Below, piece by piece: positions 19,627 through 27,819 of a DNA stretch of 64,000 nucleotides. The position numbers and the translations under genes were made by a program. A model generated the notes under the pieces. The model saw only the letters and a list, made by a program, of their open reading frames with translations, made no database searches and had not been told where the DNA came from. Location of the stretch: the NCBI GenBank assembly GCA_963770895.1, contig CAVYRF010000002.1, positions 1,408,001-1,472,000 on the forward strand, written 5' to 3'. Each line of letters starts with the position of its first letter. Within the stretch, counting starts at the first letter, position 1. This DNA comes from an uncultured Acidobacteriota bacterium (GTDB taxonomy: Bacteria > Acidobacteriota > Thermoanaerobaculia > Multivoradales > UBA5704).

Positions 19627-19656
19627 CCGGCATGGCCGGCGCGCCGGCCATGCCGG
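19627..19656. repeat. Perfect 30-bp palindrome
   Basis: CCGGCATGGCCGGCGCGCCGGCCATGCCGG equals its own reverse complement. Confidence 0.85.
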
Positions 19657-19779
19657 ACCTTCGTCCGGCGCCGTCCCAGGGCGCGAAGGATCGCGCACTC
19701 CCTACTTATAGACAAAATCACTGCCGGCACGCAGGATCGCCGGGCCCACCCGTAACGTCGGTGCGACAGGAGAACGACG

Positions 19780-19938
19780 ATGAAAACCAAGCTCCGCATC
19801 AACCGCGACACGCTGCGCCGTCTCGAGAACCCCGAACTTCGCCGCGCCGAGGGCGCCGGCATCTACACGGCCCAGCAGAGCTGCTTCTGTAGCTACAAAG
19901 CGACCGTCTGCCCCACTCTCGTCGCCTGTCCGGCGTGA
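19780..19938 (+). CDS. 52-aa Cys/Ser/Thr-rich RiPP precursor-like peptide (lanthipeptide-like, double-glycine-type leader)
   Basis: Not in the ORF track. An AGGAG RBS precedes the ATG. Translation: MKTKLRINRDTLRRLENPELRRAEGA-GIYTAQQSCFCSYKATVCPTLVACPA*. The leader is homologous to 27031-27231. Confidence 0.75.
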   Translation: MKTKLRINRDTLRRLENPELRRAEGAGIYTAQQSCFCSYKATVCPTLVACPA

Positions 19939-20121
19939 GCTAGTGGCCAACCCAGGCGCGGGTTGCGGCCGCGCGCCGTGCCCCGCGCCTCCCCGGCGGC
20001 GTCCGGCGACACAGAAATGGAGCGCTACCCAGGTCGCAGGACTGCCGCGCCAGCGGCGGTTGCCGGTCGGGGCGCGAAAGCGGCCAAGCCGTTTGGCGAC
20101 GGCCACTGTTCGGCGGCAGCG

Positions 20122-20149
20122 TTGACAGCTGCTCGACGGGTGATAGTGT
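20122..20149 (+). promoter_or_regulatory. Putative sigma70 promoter of the TPR gene
   Basis: TTGACA, a 16-bp spacer ending TGA, then TAGTGT (extended -10-like), about 80 bp upstream of ATG 20229. Confidence 0.4.
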
Positions 20150-20228
20150 TGCTCTATTGCGTTTCCTATGCTAAGGTGGCATAGATTCACCTTGGCAGTG
20201 TGTCGACAGTCAGTGGAGGGTAGCTGGA

Positions 20229-21140
20229 ATGAGCGATATCGCCCGCTCCGAGGGGGGTCCTGAGGTCTTCGAGGAGCTGCGCGAACGGTGGCAGGGGTCG
20301 ATCGAAATCGGCCGCCTCGAAGAGGCCGAGCAGATCCTGCACCGCGCACTGGAATGGGCTCGCCAGCATGGCGACGAACGACGGATCGACAGCGTCGTCT
20401 GCGTTTTGGCCGCTGTCGCCATCAACTTGGGGTGCGGCGACGCGGAACTGCCCAACCTGCGCGAGATCCTGCTGCGCAGCAGCGATCCGGGCAACTGCCG
20501 GTTGGCCGCCTACTACATCTCGATGCATTACCAGTTTGCCCGCAACTTCAAGAAGAGCCTGTTCTATGCGCGCATCGCCTGCGAGCGCGCCGCACAGCTG
20601 GAGCGGGCCGACCTGATCGCCTTCAGCCGCAACCAGCTGGGCAATGCCCTGCTCGGTGAAAGCTTCGTCGATCGCGCCTGCCACGAATATGAGACGGCGC
20701 TCGGCCTGGTCACCGAAAAGAGCGTCTGGCGAGCCCGCATCCTCAACAACCTGGGCTACTGCCGGGTGCTGCAGAAGCGCTTCGCCGAGGGCTACGCCTG
20801 CCTGTACGAAAGCCTGCGCCTGCTGCGGCGCTTCTCGGCCGAACGATTCCAGATCCTGCCGCGCCTGGACCTGTGCTTCGCCCACCTGGAAACCGGCAAG
20901 CTCGAGCTGGCCAAGCGGCAGGGGATCGCCGCCATCCAGCTGGCGGAACGCATGGGCGACTCGGAAGCGGTCAAAAACTCCCTGTACCTGCTGGGAGAGA
21001 CAGCCAACCTGATGGGCGAAACAGAGATGGCGAGCGAATACTTCACCCGGCTCCAGCGCGACTACTTCCCGGAATCGCCCTACCTGCCTGGATTCCTGCT
21101 CGCCGTAGACGTTCGCAATCTGGTCAACCTTCATGCTTGA
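20229..21140 (+). CDS. Tetratricopeptide-repeat protein
   Basis: GGAGG RBS; helical repeats such as RNQLGNALL...ACHEYETAL, ILNNLGYC...EGYACLYESL and SLYLLGE. Confidence 0.8.
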   Translation: MSDIARSEGGPEVFEELRERWQGSIEIGRLEEAEQILHRALEWARQHGDERRIDSVVCVLAAVAINLGCGDAELPNLREILLRSSDPGNCRLAAYYISMHYQFARNFKKSLFYARIACERAAQLERADLIAFSRNQLGNALLGESFVDRACHEYETALGLVTEKSVWRARILNNLGYCRVLQKRFAEGYACLYESLRLLRRFSAERFQILPRLDLCFAHLETGKLELAKRQGIAAIQLAERMGDSEAVKNSLYLLGETANLMGETEMASEYFTRLQRDYFPESPYLPGFLLAVDVRNLVNLHA

Positions 21141-21150
21141 GGACACGCCC

Positions 21151-22611
21151 ATGATCCGCACCGTCAATGGCGCCCGGTCCCTGCTGTCGGCACGCCTGAC
21201 CCGCGCCGTCGCGGTGACGGCGGGAAGCGCGCTGGCGCTCCTGCTGTCCGCGACAGCGGCCCGCGCCGACCACCTCAATGTGACCCTGGGCGGCAACGGC
21301 CAGCTCTATGCGATCGAAGCCGGCACCTACGGCGCGCTGTTCGGCGCACCGGGGACGCAGCCGGCGCTCGCCGGCGGTGCCGCGGCGACGACGCCGGCGG
21401 CCGGCACGCCGGTGCTGGCCCTGGACACCACCCTGCCTGGCGCCGCGCTCCAGCGCCAGCTGGTCCCCACCACCGACGACCAGGCGGTGGACAGCTCGCC
21501 GGCCCTGGTCTATGAGGACGTGTCGCAGACGCTGTTCGCCGTCTGGGTGTCGAGCAGCGATCCGACCAGCTCGGTGCTCAAGATGATCAGCTACAACGGC
21601 ATCCAGTGGTCGCAGCCGATTGAAATCATCGGCAACCCGTACGCCACCAAGACGCCGCCGCAGCTGACGCTGACCCGCGACACCCACAGCGAAACCAACG
21701 CCGCCACCGGCGCCGTGACCCTCCACCGCCGCACCGTGCTGCACGTGGTCTGGTCCGAAAACTCGCTGTCCGGGCTGTATCAGGCCTACTACGCTCCGGT
21801 CATCTTCGAGGACGGCGTGTGGATCGGCACCGTGCCCGAACCCATGCTCCTGAACACCTACGATGCCGCCGAGCAGACGGCGACGGGCGGACCGTTCGCG
21901 ACGCCGCTGGTCTACACCCCGACCGTGCAAGGCGGGCGCGATATCAGCACCGCCATCGCCGGATTCGCTTCGGACGCTTCGGGGCTGGTGACCGCGGTCG
22001 AGCTGGACTTCGTGCCCGAAGAGCTGCGCGACCTGGCCAACGCCCTGCAGGCGGTGGTGCTCGGCAGCGCCAACTTCGGTCAGCCGACCGCGCTGGCCGC
22101 CCAGGCGCAGGCCGCGCTGCAAGCCAACGGCAGCGCGTTTCAGCCTGAAGTGCTGCAGGGGATCGGCAGCGACATGCAGACGCAGATCCTGGGCGGCGCC
22201 CCGGACCAGACCACCTTGGCGTGGAAAACCCGCGCCGTGATCATCGACAGCGGCGTCAAGTTCGCCGCTCGCGGCGTCAAGATCGGACAGCTGGCCCTGG
22301 GAACCCCCAACATCGCCGCTTCGCAAATCGTGGAAATCGTGCCGCCCAACGGCGGTCCCTCGCAGCTGGTCCAGTTCCGCGTCGCTTCGACGCGCCCCTG
22401 GCCGGTGGTGAGCGGCAACAACGGTGTGCAGCTCCTGGTTTCGCCCACCGGCGCCAACCTGATGGCGACCTGGCAGAGCGCCGATGGCAGCTCCGCCTAC
22501 TACACCAACACCCAGACGGACGGCACCTGGAGCGCGGCGCACCAGCTCCAGCTCTCGACCAACTTCAGTCTGGAGCAGGCGCTGCAGATCCTGCAGCAGC
22601 GGGTTTACTAA
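21151..22611 (+). CDS. Secreted hypothetical protein (Thr/Ala/Gln-rich, beta-rich)
   Basis: GAGGA RBS; signal peptide ending ARA|D; coding-like codon usage; no family recognised. Confidence 0.75.
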   Translation: MIRTVNGARSLLSARLTRAVAVTAGSALALLLSATAARADHLNVTLGGNGQLYAIEAGTYGALFGAPGTQPALAGGAAATTPAAGTPVLALDTTLPGAALQRQLVPTTDDQAVDSSPALVYEDVSQTLFAVWVSSSDPTSSVLKMISYNGIQWSQPIEIIGNPYATKTPPQLTLTRDTHSETNAATGAVTLHRRTVLHVVWSENSLSGLYQAYYAPVIFEDGVWIGTVPEPMLLNTYDAAEQTATGGPFATPLVYTPTVQGGRDISTAIAGFASDASGLVTAVELDFVPEELRDLANALQAVVLGSANFGQPTALAAQAQAALQANGSAFQPEVLQGIGSDMQTQILGGAPDQTTLAWKTRAVIIDSGVKFAARGVKIGQLALGTPNIAASQIVEIVPPNGGPSQLVQFRVASTRPWPVVSGNNGVQLLVSPTGANLMATWQSADGSSAYYTNTQTDGTWSAAHQLQLSTNFSLEQALQILQQRVY

Positions 22612-22701
22612 GACCTTGGAGCCGGGGGCCTGCCCCCGGCACCGCGGCTCCTGGCGGTGCGCCTGCCCTGGCACCGCCGCCGATCCGGGCTACTCAGCTC
22701 C

Positions 22702-22938
22702 TCAGTTCCACGATCCCGACGCACAGGCGCCGCCGCCACAACAGCTGCCGGCGCCGCAGCCTTCCGCGGCTTCGAAGCTGGCCGAGCCGCCGCTGGCGGT
22801 GGCAAAGGTGGAAAACTGCTTTTCCAGCGCACCGGCGTCGCAGCGCGGGCAGGACATCGCCGCGGCGCCCTCGCCGACGCGCTGCAGGATCTCGAACTGG
22901 TGGCCGCAGTCGCGGCAGCGATATTCGTAGAGCGGCAT
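22702..22938 (-). CDS. FmdB-family zinc-ribbon protein
   Basis: MPLYEYRCRDCGHQFE...CPRC...EKQFSTF with a Gly/Cys-rich tail; AGGAGG RBS. Confidence 0.88.
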   Translation of the reverse strand: MPLYEYRCRDCGHQFEILQRVGEGAAAMSCPRCDAGALEKQFSTFATASGGSASFEAAEGCGAGSCCGGGACASGSWN

Positions 22939-23207
22939 GGGACGTATCCTCCTGCTCCAGATTCTATGCGACTTGCACGGAACCTCGGCGCCTCGCCCCG
23001 CGATCGATCGCGGCCGGCCTTGGCCGTGGCGTGGGCGGCAAACCCGAGCCCCCCAGATTCGTATAGACACGGCGGGCAGCACATCGCATTGGACCGCGTG
23101 CTCCTGCCGCAGCGTGCGCTCCATTCGCTTGGGCAGCCTGCGCGCGGGTTCTGCGAACGTTTCGATTGCAGGGGCGGGTGCCAGTCCGCGAGAAAGGAAC
23201 CACCTCG

Positions 23208-23951
23208 ATGAAGAATCGGACGCAAACGATTGCCTGCCTGTTCGCGGCGGCGATCGGCGCCGCGGGGCTCGGAGCGGCGCCCGCCTGGGCTGCCGAAAGC
23301 GTGACCGCGACCCTGCAACGCCAGACCCAGGAGCTGATGGACGCCGTCGCACCCGCCCAGGCGGCGGTGTGGGATCGCTATATGGATCCCAGTGTGCTCT
23401 ATACCACCGAGGACGGCACAGTGCTCACCAAGAGCGGCATGCTGGCCACGATCAAGCCGCTGGCCGCCGGCGTCTCCGGCCGCATCAAGGTGCTCGAATT
23501 CAAGGCGACGGTGCATGGCGCGGTCGCGGTGACCAGCCACCTGGACGACGAGTACGAGACCTACCACGGCGCTTCGCTGCACTGCCAATATCGCACCACC
23601 GAAACCTGGCTGCAGACCGCCACCGGCTGGCGGATGATCGGCGGCCAGGTCCTGGCGGTGCGCACCGATCCGCCAGCCGTCCCCCTGACCGCGCAGCGGA
23701 TGGCCGAATACTGCGGCAGCTATGCGCTGGACGCGGCGACCCACTACGACATCCGTTGCGACGGCGGCACCCTGCAAGGCCAGCAGACCGGCCACAAGCC
23801 CGAGGTGCTGCGTGCCGAAGCGCCGGACGTTCTTTTTGTGCCGGGCCGGCCGCGCTACCGCATGATCGTTCTGCGCAACCGCGACGGGCACGTCACCGGC
23901 ATCGCGGAACGGCGCGAAGCCTGGTCGCTCGACTGGAAACGGCTGCCCTGA
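23208..23951 (+). CDS. Secreted NTF2-like (DUF4440-type) domain protein
   Basis: AAGGA RBS; signal peptide AWA|A; YTTEDG...TK, HGAVAV and YRTTETW...GWRMIGGQ fit the NTF2/DUF4440 pattern. Confidence 0.7.
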   Translation: MKNRTQTIACLFAAAIGAAGLGAAPAWAAESVTATLQRQTQELMDAVAPAQAAVWDRYMDPSVLYTTEDGTVLTKSGMLATIKPLAAGVSGRIKVLEFKATVHGAVAVTSHLDDEYETYHGASLHCQYRTTETWLQTATGWRMIGGQVLAVRTDPPAVPLTAQRMAEYCGSYALDAATHYDIRCDGGTLQGQQTGHKPEVLRAEAPDVLFVPGRPRYRMIVLRNRDGHVTGIAERREAWSLDWKRLP

Positions 23952-24057
23952 CGGCAGGCAGCAGGCCCGACCGCCCGCCCCGATCGCCGTATGGCGCTCA
24001 CCGTGCGGGCGGATCAACAGACGAAAGCTGCCGGCAGGCTGTCGGGGCGGAACGCTG

Positions 24058-24762
24058 CTAGAACTCGATCAGCGGCAGGTCCGGCCCCAGGTCGCGCAGG
24101 GCGTTGGCGGTCAGGGCGGGCGCGCCGGCGTGGCGCGCCCATCGTTCGAGAAGCCAGCCGGCCAGGGGGCCGCTGCCGCTGGCAAGAGGCAGCGGATCGC
24201 CGACCCGGAACGGGCGATCCGCATCTGGCTGCCCGCCGGCCTGCAGCGCGGCGATGAGCTCGGCCAGCGATTGCAGCCAGCCGCCCACCGTGGCCAGGTG
24301 GCGCCGCGTCCCGACCGCCGTCAGATCGACGCATGCCGCGCGGGTGAAATTCAGCCGCACGGTGCCGCGCAGGGACTGGCAGTCCACCAGGATCAAGCTT
24401 GCATGGCCGGCCAGGTCCCTGATGGCGGCGCCGCGCAGGGCGCTGCGAAAGCCTTCACAGGAGGCCAGGTCGAACTGCATCCCGGCGCCGCCGGCCTCCG
24501 CCGGCTTGCCGCTACCGCGCGACCAGCCCAGGAAGTAGAGATCCATCAGGTTCGGCAGCTCAAAATCCTGCAATCCGAACCACCGCTCCAGCTCCAGGCC
24601 CGTCACCGCGCCGCCGTTGGCCTGGTCGTGCAGCAGCAGCAGAGCCACCGGCACCGTGAACGCGCCGGCGCCCGTCTGCCTGGACATGGCCTGCATGCGG
24701 CCGAGCAGGCGAAGCTTGAACAGCTGGACGCTGCTGACCGCGATCGCCTGCGTGATCCCCAT
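24058..24762 (-). CDS. Hypothetical protein
   Basis: 234-aa ORF with a GAGGAG RBS and globular composition; no family recognised. Confidence 0.6.
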   Translation of the reverse strand: MGITQAIAVSSVQLFKLRLLGRMQAMSRQTGAGAFTVPVALLLLHDQANGGAVTGLELERWFGLQDFELPNLMDLYFLGWSRGSGKPAEAGGAGMQFDLASCEGFRSALRGAAIRDLAGHASLILVDCQSLRGTVRLNFTRAACVDLTAVGTRRHLATVGGWLQSLAELIAALQAGGQPDADRPFRVGDPLPLASGSGPLAGWLLERWARHAGAPALTANALRDLGPDLPLIEF

Positions 24763-25007
24763 GCCCGTCTCCTCGAAGAAGGCCCCACCGCACCTTCCGT
24801 CAGTCCCACGGCGCCACGCGCTAGTTCAGATTGCGAACTTACATCTTACCGCAGATTGCGAGCCATCAGCGGCAATCCATGGTGCTGACCGCTATGGTCG
24901 TTGGTGGTGCGGGGAAAAAGGGAGGGCGGTCGATCCTGCAGATTCCTCCCTGCAAGGGGCGGGGCGGGCGGTATTGGCACGATGGGTTCGCTACGGCCTG
25001 TGGAAAG

Positions 25008-25033
25008 GCGGCGACCCCCGTGGGGGTCGCCGC
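25008..25033 (-). terminator. Hairpin / likely intrinsic terminator after the S53 peptidase gene
   Basis: GCGGCGACCCCC-GT-GGGGGTCGCCGC inverted repeat just downstream of the stop, followed by CTTTCC on the minus strand. Confidence 0.55.
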
Positions 25034-25044
25034 GAGTGTGCGCG

Positions 25045-26844
25045 CTACGGCCAGTTGGCGAGCAGCAGGCCGCCGTCGACCGAGCCCAGGCCGGTCACCT
25101 GATCGTAACCGGGGCCGCAGGAAAAGCCCCGCAGCTTGGGAACGCTGTTGTTGCCGCTGGTGATGTCGTGAAAGATCCGCGGGCTCCTGGCGCTCTTGTA
25201 CTGCTGCGCGGCCAGCTGATAGAGCACCGGATTGGCGTTGCCCTGGCGGTCGCCGGTCTTTTGCACGATGAGCGCCATCAGGCCGGCAAAGGAAGGCGTC
25301 GACGCCGAGGTGCCGAAGACTGCGTAGACGTCGGTGCCGCGCAGCACCACATAGGCGTCGTGGAACGCCGCGCTCAGAGACACGTCGGGAACGTCGCGGT
25401 GGTGGTCGTTGGGCACGCCGCGCGCCGACTGCCAGGAGGGTTTCGGATAGACCTTGCTGGCGCCGCCGCCGGACGACCACAGGCCGGAATCGCCACGCAC
25501 GTTGGCGCTCTCGTTCCAGCCCTCCTCGGGGATATAGGCAATCACCGAGCCGCCGTCGGGACGATTGACGGGACTCCAAAAGGCGCTCCCCTTCCTGCCT
25601 TCGTTGAACTCCGTGCCACCCACGCAGATATCGTAGGGGGTCGAACAGAGGCCGTTGACCGCCAATCCGGTGCCGCGCGCGCTGGTCTGCACGTCGCAAC
25701 CGGAGGCGCCGGAGTCGCCCGAGGAGACGAACGAGGAGATGCCCTGCGCGGCGGCCTGCGACCACATGCTGTTGATGAAGGCAAGCCCCGCCGCGCCCTG
25801 GTCCGCCTCGCACGAGCCGAAGCTGGTGCTCATCACCGGCGCCAGGTTGTTGTCGACGATGTACTGCGCCGAGAGGATGATGCCGTCGGTCGATTGGGTC
25901 GAAGCGGACACCACCACGTCGATGGTGGCGCCGGGGGCCGCCGCACCGGACCACTCCGCGTCCAGATCGGCCTCCAGCTCTTCGTCGCCGCCCAGGTCGC
26001 CAGGATCCGTGCCGTTGTGGACGAGCACCGGCAGATTGCTCACCGGCAGCCAGAAGGCGGAGCGGAACCCTTCCACATCGCTGGTCTTGATATCGGTCCG
26101 CGCCACGATCGCGATCGTCTCGCCGGTGCCGTTGATGCCGCTCTTGAACGTGGGCGAGAGGTCGTAAATCGTTGCGAAGTCGCCGGGCACCATGTAATGC
26201 GCACTGCCCGCGGTGAAGTCAGGCGACAGCTGCACGGCCGCGTGATGCATCTGCAGCGGCTTGTTGTTGAGCGAAACGACGCCGGTGACAAGCTCGGTCA
26301 GGGCGCGCGGCAGCGAAGGGTCGATGGAATTGGCATGGCGCACCACGCCATCGACCTGGTAGTCGTGCATTTCGGTGGCAAAGGCCTGCTCCACCTGCGC
26401 CGCCGTGCCGCTGAAATTGATCCAGCCGCGGCCCTTTGCCACTTCGTCGATGGTGAAGCCGTGCTGCACGAGCCAATCGGTTACAACCTTGAGATCGCGG
26501 TCGTTCAAACCAAACTCCGCGCCGAACTGTTCGGGCGTGAGCCACTGGTGATAGCGGGTTGCAGCCGGGTCGGTGAGATCCGCCAGCAGCTGCTCGAGCC
26601 GGTCCTGGGCGCCGGCCTGCGGTTGCAGCACCAGCACCATCCGCTGCATCGGCAAGGTCGGCGCCGTGCGGCCGATCTCAACCTGGAGCCGTGCGAATGG
26701 CGGAACGTTGCCCGACAGCGTCACGCGGTCGGCGTCATTGATGACGGCGGCGCCGGCGGCAGTCGCGGCGCCTTGTCCAAGGGCCGCCCCAGCGGCGGCC
26801 AAGAGAAGGATTGTCAGCTGGAATGTACGAAAGCTACGCATCAT
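25045..26844 (-). CDS. Secreted S53 (sedolisin/kumamolisin) serine-carboxyl peptidase with prodomain
   Basis: Signal peptide; prodomain WLTPEQFG; EADLD (E-x3-D), SSGDSG, GTSASTP, FHDITSGNN, GYDQVTGLGS. Confidence 0.93.
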   Translation of the reverse strand: MMRSFRTFQLTILLLAAAGAALGQGAATAAGAAVINDADRVTLSGNVPPFARLQVEIGRTAPTLPMQRMVLVLQPQAGAQDRLEQLLADLTDPAATRYHQWLTPEQFGAEFGLNDRDLKVVTDWLVQHGFTIDEVAKGRGWINFSGTAAQVEQAFATEMHDYQVDGVVRHANSIDPSLPRALTELVTGVVSLNNKPLQMHHAAVQLSPDFTAGSAHYMVPGDFATIYDLSPTFKSGINGTGETIAIVARTDIKTSDVEGFRSAFWLPVSNLPVLVHNGTDPGDLGGDEELEADLDAEWSGAAAPGATIDVVVSASTQSTDGIILSAQYIVDNNLAPVMSTSFGSCEADQGAAGLAFINSMWSQAAAQGISSFVSSGDSGASGCDVQTSARGTGLAVNGLCSTPYDICVGGTEFNEGRKGSAFWSPVNRPDGGSVIAYIPEEGWNESANVRGDSGLWSSGGGASKVYPKPSWQSARGVPNDHHRDVPDVSLSAAFHDAYVVLRGTDVYAVFGTSASTPSFAGLMALIVQKTGDRQGNANPVLYQLAAQQYKSARSPRIFHDITSGNNSVPKLRGFSCGPGYDQVTGLGSVDGGLLLANWP

Positions 26845-27030
26845 GCCCTGCCTTTCAGACAAGTTGTCGTGATAGCACCACGATATCACCATCGCTGTTT
26901 CGCGATCGCATGTCCCCTCCTGTGGCGCAATTTCGCATCGAGACGCAGGGGAGCTCCGGCGGCCTGCCGCCTGCCCCCAAGCGCCTCGCCCGGACAACGG
27001 CGTCCGCGAGGTCAAGGAAGGGAAAACAAC

Positions 27031-27231
27031 GTGAAAAAGTCCAGGAAGCTGGCCCTGCATCGCGACACCGTGCGCACCCTGTCGGGCTCGGCGCTCACCG
27101 AAGCCAACGGCGCGGGGTACACGATTCAGTTGTGCATCATCCAAACCGTCTACATTACGTGCGGCGTCAGCTGTAACTGCGTCACCCACGGCTGCCCCAC
27201 CCAGGCCGGCGACTGCACGGCGGCCTGCTAG
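27031..27231 (+). CDS. 66-aa Cys/Thr-rich RiPP precursor-like peptide (lanthipeptide-like, double-glycine-type leader)
   Basis: Purine-rich RBS (AAGGAAGGGAAAA) before a GTG start. Translation: MKKSRKLALHRDTVRTLSGSALTEANGA-GYTIQLCIIQTVYITCGVSCNCVTHGCPTQAGDCTAAC*. It is hidden at the end of a spurious 776-aa ORF. Confidence 0.78.
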   Translation: MKKSRKLALHRDTVRTLSGSALTEANGAGYTIQLCIIQTVYITCGVSCNCVTHGCPTQAGDCTAAC

Positions 27232-27367
27232 AAGAAGCCGGCGCGGTGCGCCACGCGGGGAGCTGATCTCCTTCCTTCCACCCCGCCACATCACACTGCA
27301 TCACCGCGGGCGGCGCCGACCAGCGCCGCCCGCCCCGCTCGCACCCGCCCGGGCGCCGGCGCTGCCC

Positions 27368-27416
27368 TTGACTTCACCCCATCGGTAAGCCTAAACTAAC
27401 GGTAAGTCAAAACGAA
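27368..27416 (+). promoter_or_regulatory. Putative sigma70 promoter with overlapping tandem operator of the ArsR operon
   Basis: TTGACT-18bp-TAAACT; CGGTAAG repeated at a 17-bp period across the -10 region. Confidence 0.5.
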
Positions 27417-27453
27417 CCAATCGACTCAGAGCGCCGCTACGAGCAAACGACCG

Positions 27454-27819
27454 ATGCCGACCACCCAGGACTACGACGCGCAGCTCAACGCCTTGGGCGA
27501 TGCGACCCGCCGCGCCATCCTGGCGCGCCTGCGCCTGGGTCCCGCCGCGGTGGGCGAGCTGGCGCGCGGCTTTCCGGTCAGCCGGCCGGCGATCTCGCAG
27601 CACCTGCGGGTGCTCAAGCAGGCCCACCTGGTGATGGACCGCGCCGCCGGCACACGCCGCCTGTACCAGCTCGATCCGCGCGGATTCGTCGTGCTGCGCG
27701 ACTATCTGGATCAGTTCTGGCAGTCGGCGCTGGCGGCGTTCAAGCACCGGGTGGAACAACAGTTCCCCGTGGAAGGAGGGCAAGGCAATGGTCGACGCGA
27801 CGATGGCAGCGGTTCATAA
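27454..27819 (+). CDS. ArsR/SmtB-family transcriptional regulator
   Basis: ALGDATRRAIL, AVGELA...VSRPAISQHLRVLK, GTRRLYQL. Confidence 0.92.
   Translation: MPTTQDYDAQLNALGDATRRAILARLRLGPAAVGELARGFPVSRPAISQHLRVLKQAHLVMDRAAGTRRLYQLDPRGFVVLRDYLDQFWQSALAAFKHRVEQQFPVEGGQGNGRRDDGSGS

Noticed and set aside
19936-20184. Possible selenocysteine read-through of the peptide 1 TGA, given selA in the window
   Set aside because: The read-through sequence is low-complexity and runs into the next promoter, and I recognised no convincing SECIS.
22702-22938. Cys/Gly-rich tail (GCGAGSCCGGGAC) as a third RiPP precursor
   Set aside because: The protein is a standard FmdB zinc ribbon, such tails are common in that family, and it lacks the shared leader.
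24901-27030. 776-aa plus-strand ORF 24901-27231
   Set aside because: It is an antisense shadow of the S53 gene. Only the last 66 codons, with their own RBS and GTG, look like a real gene.
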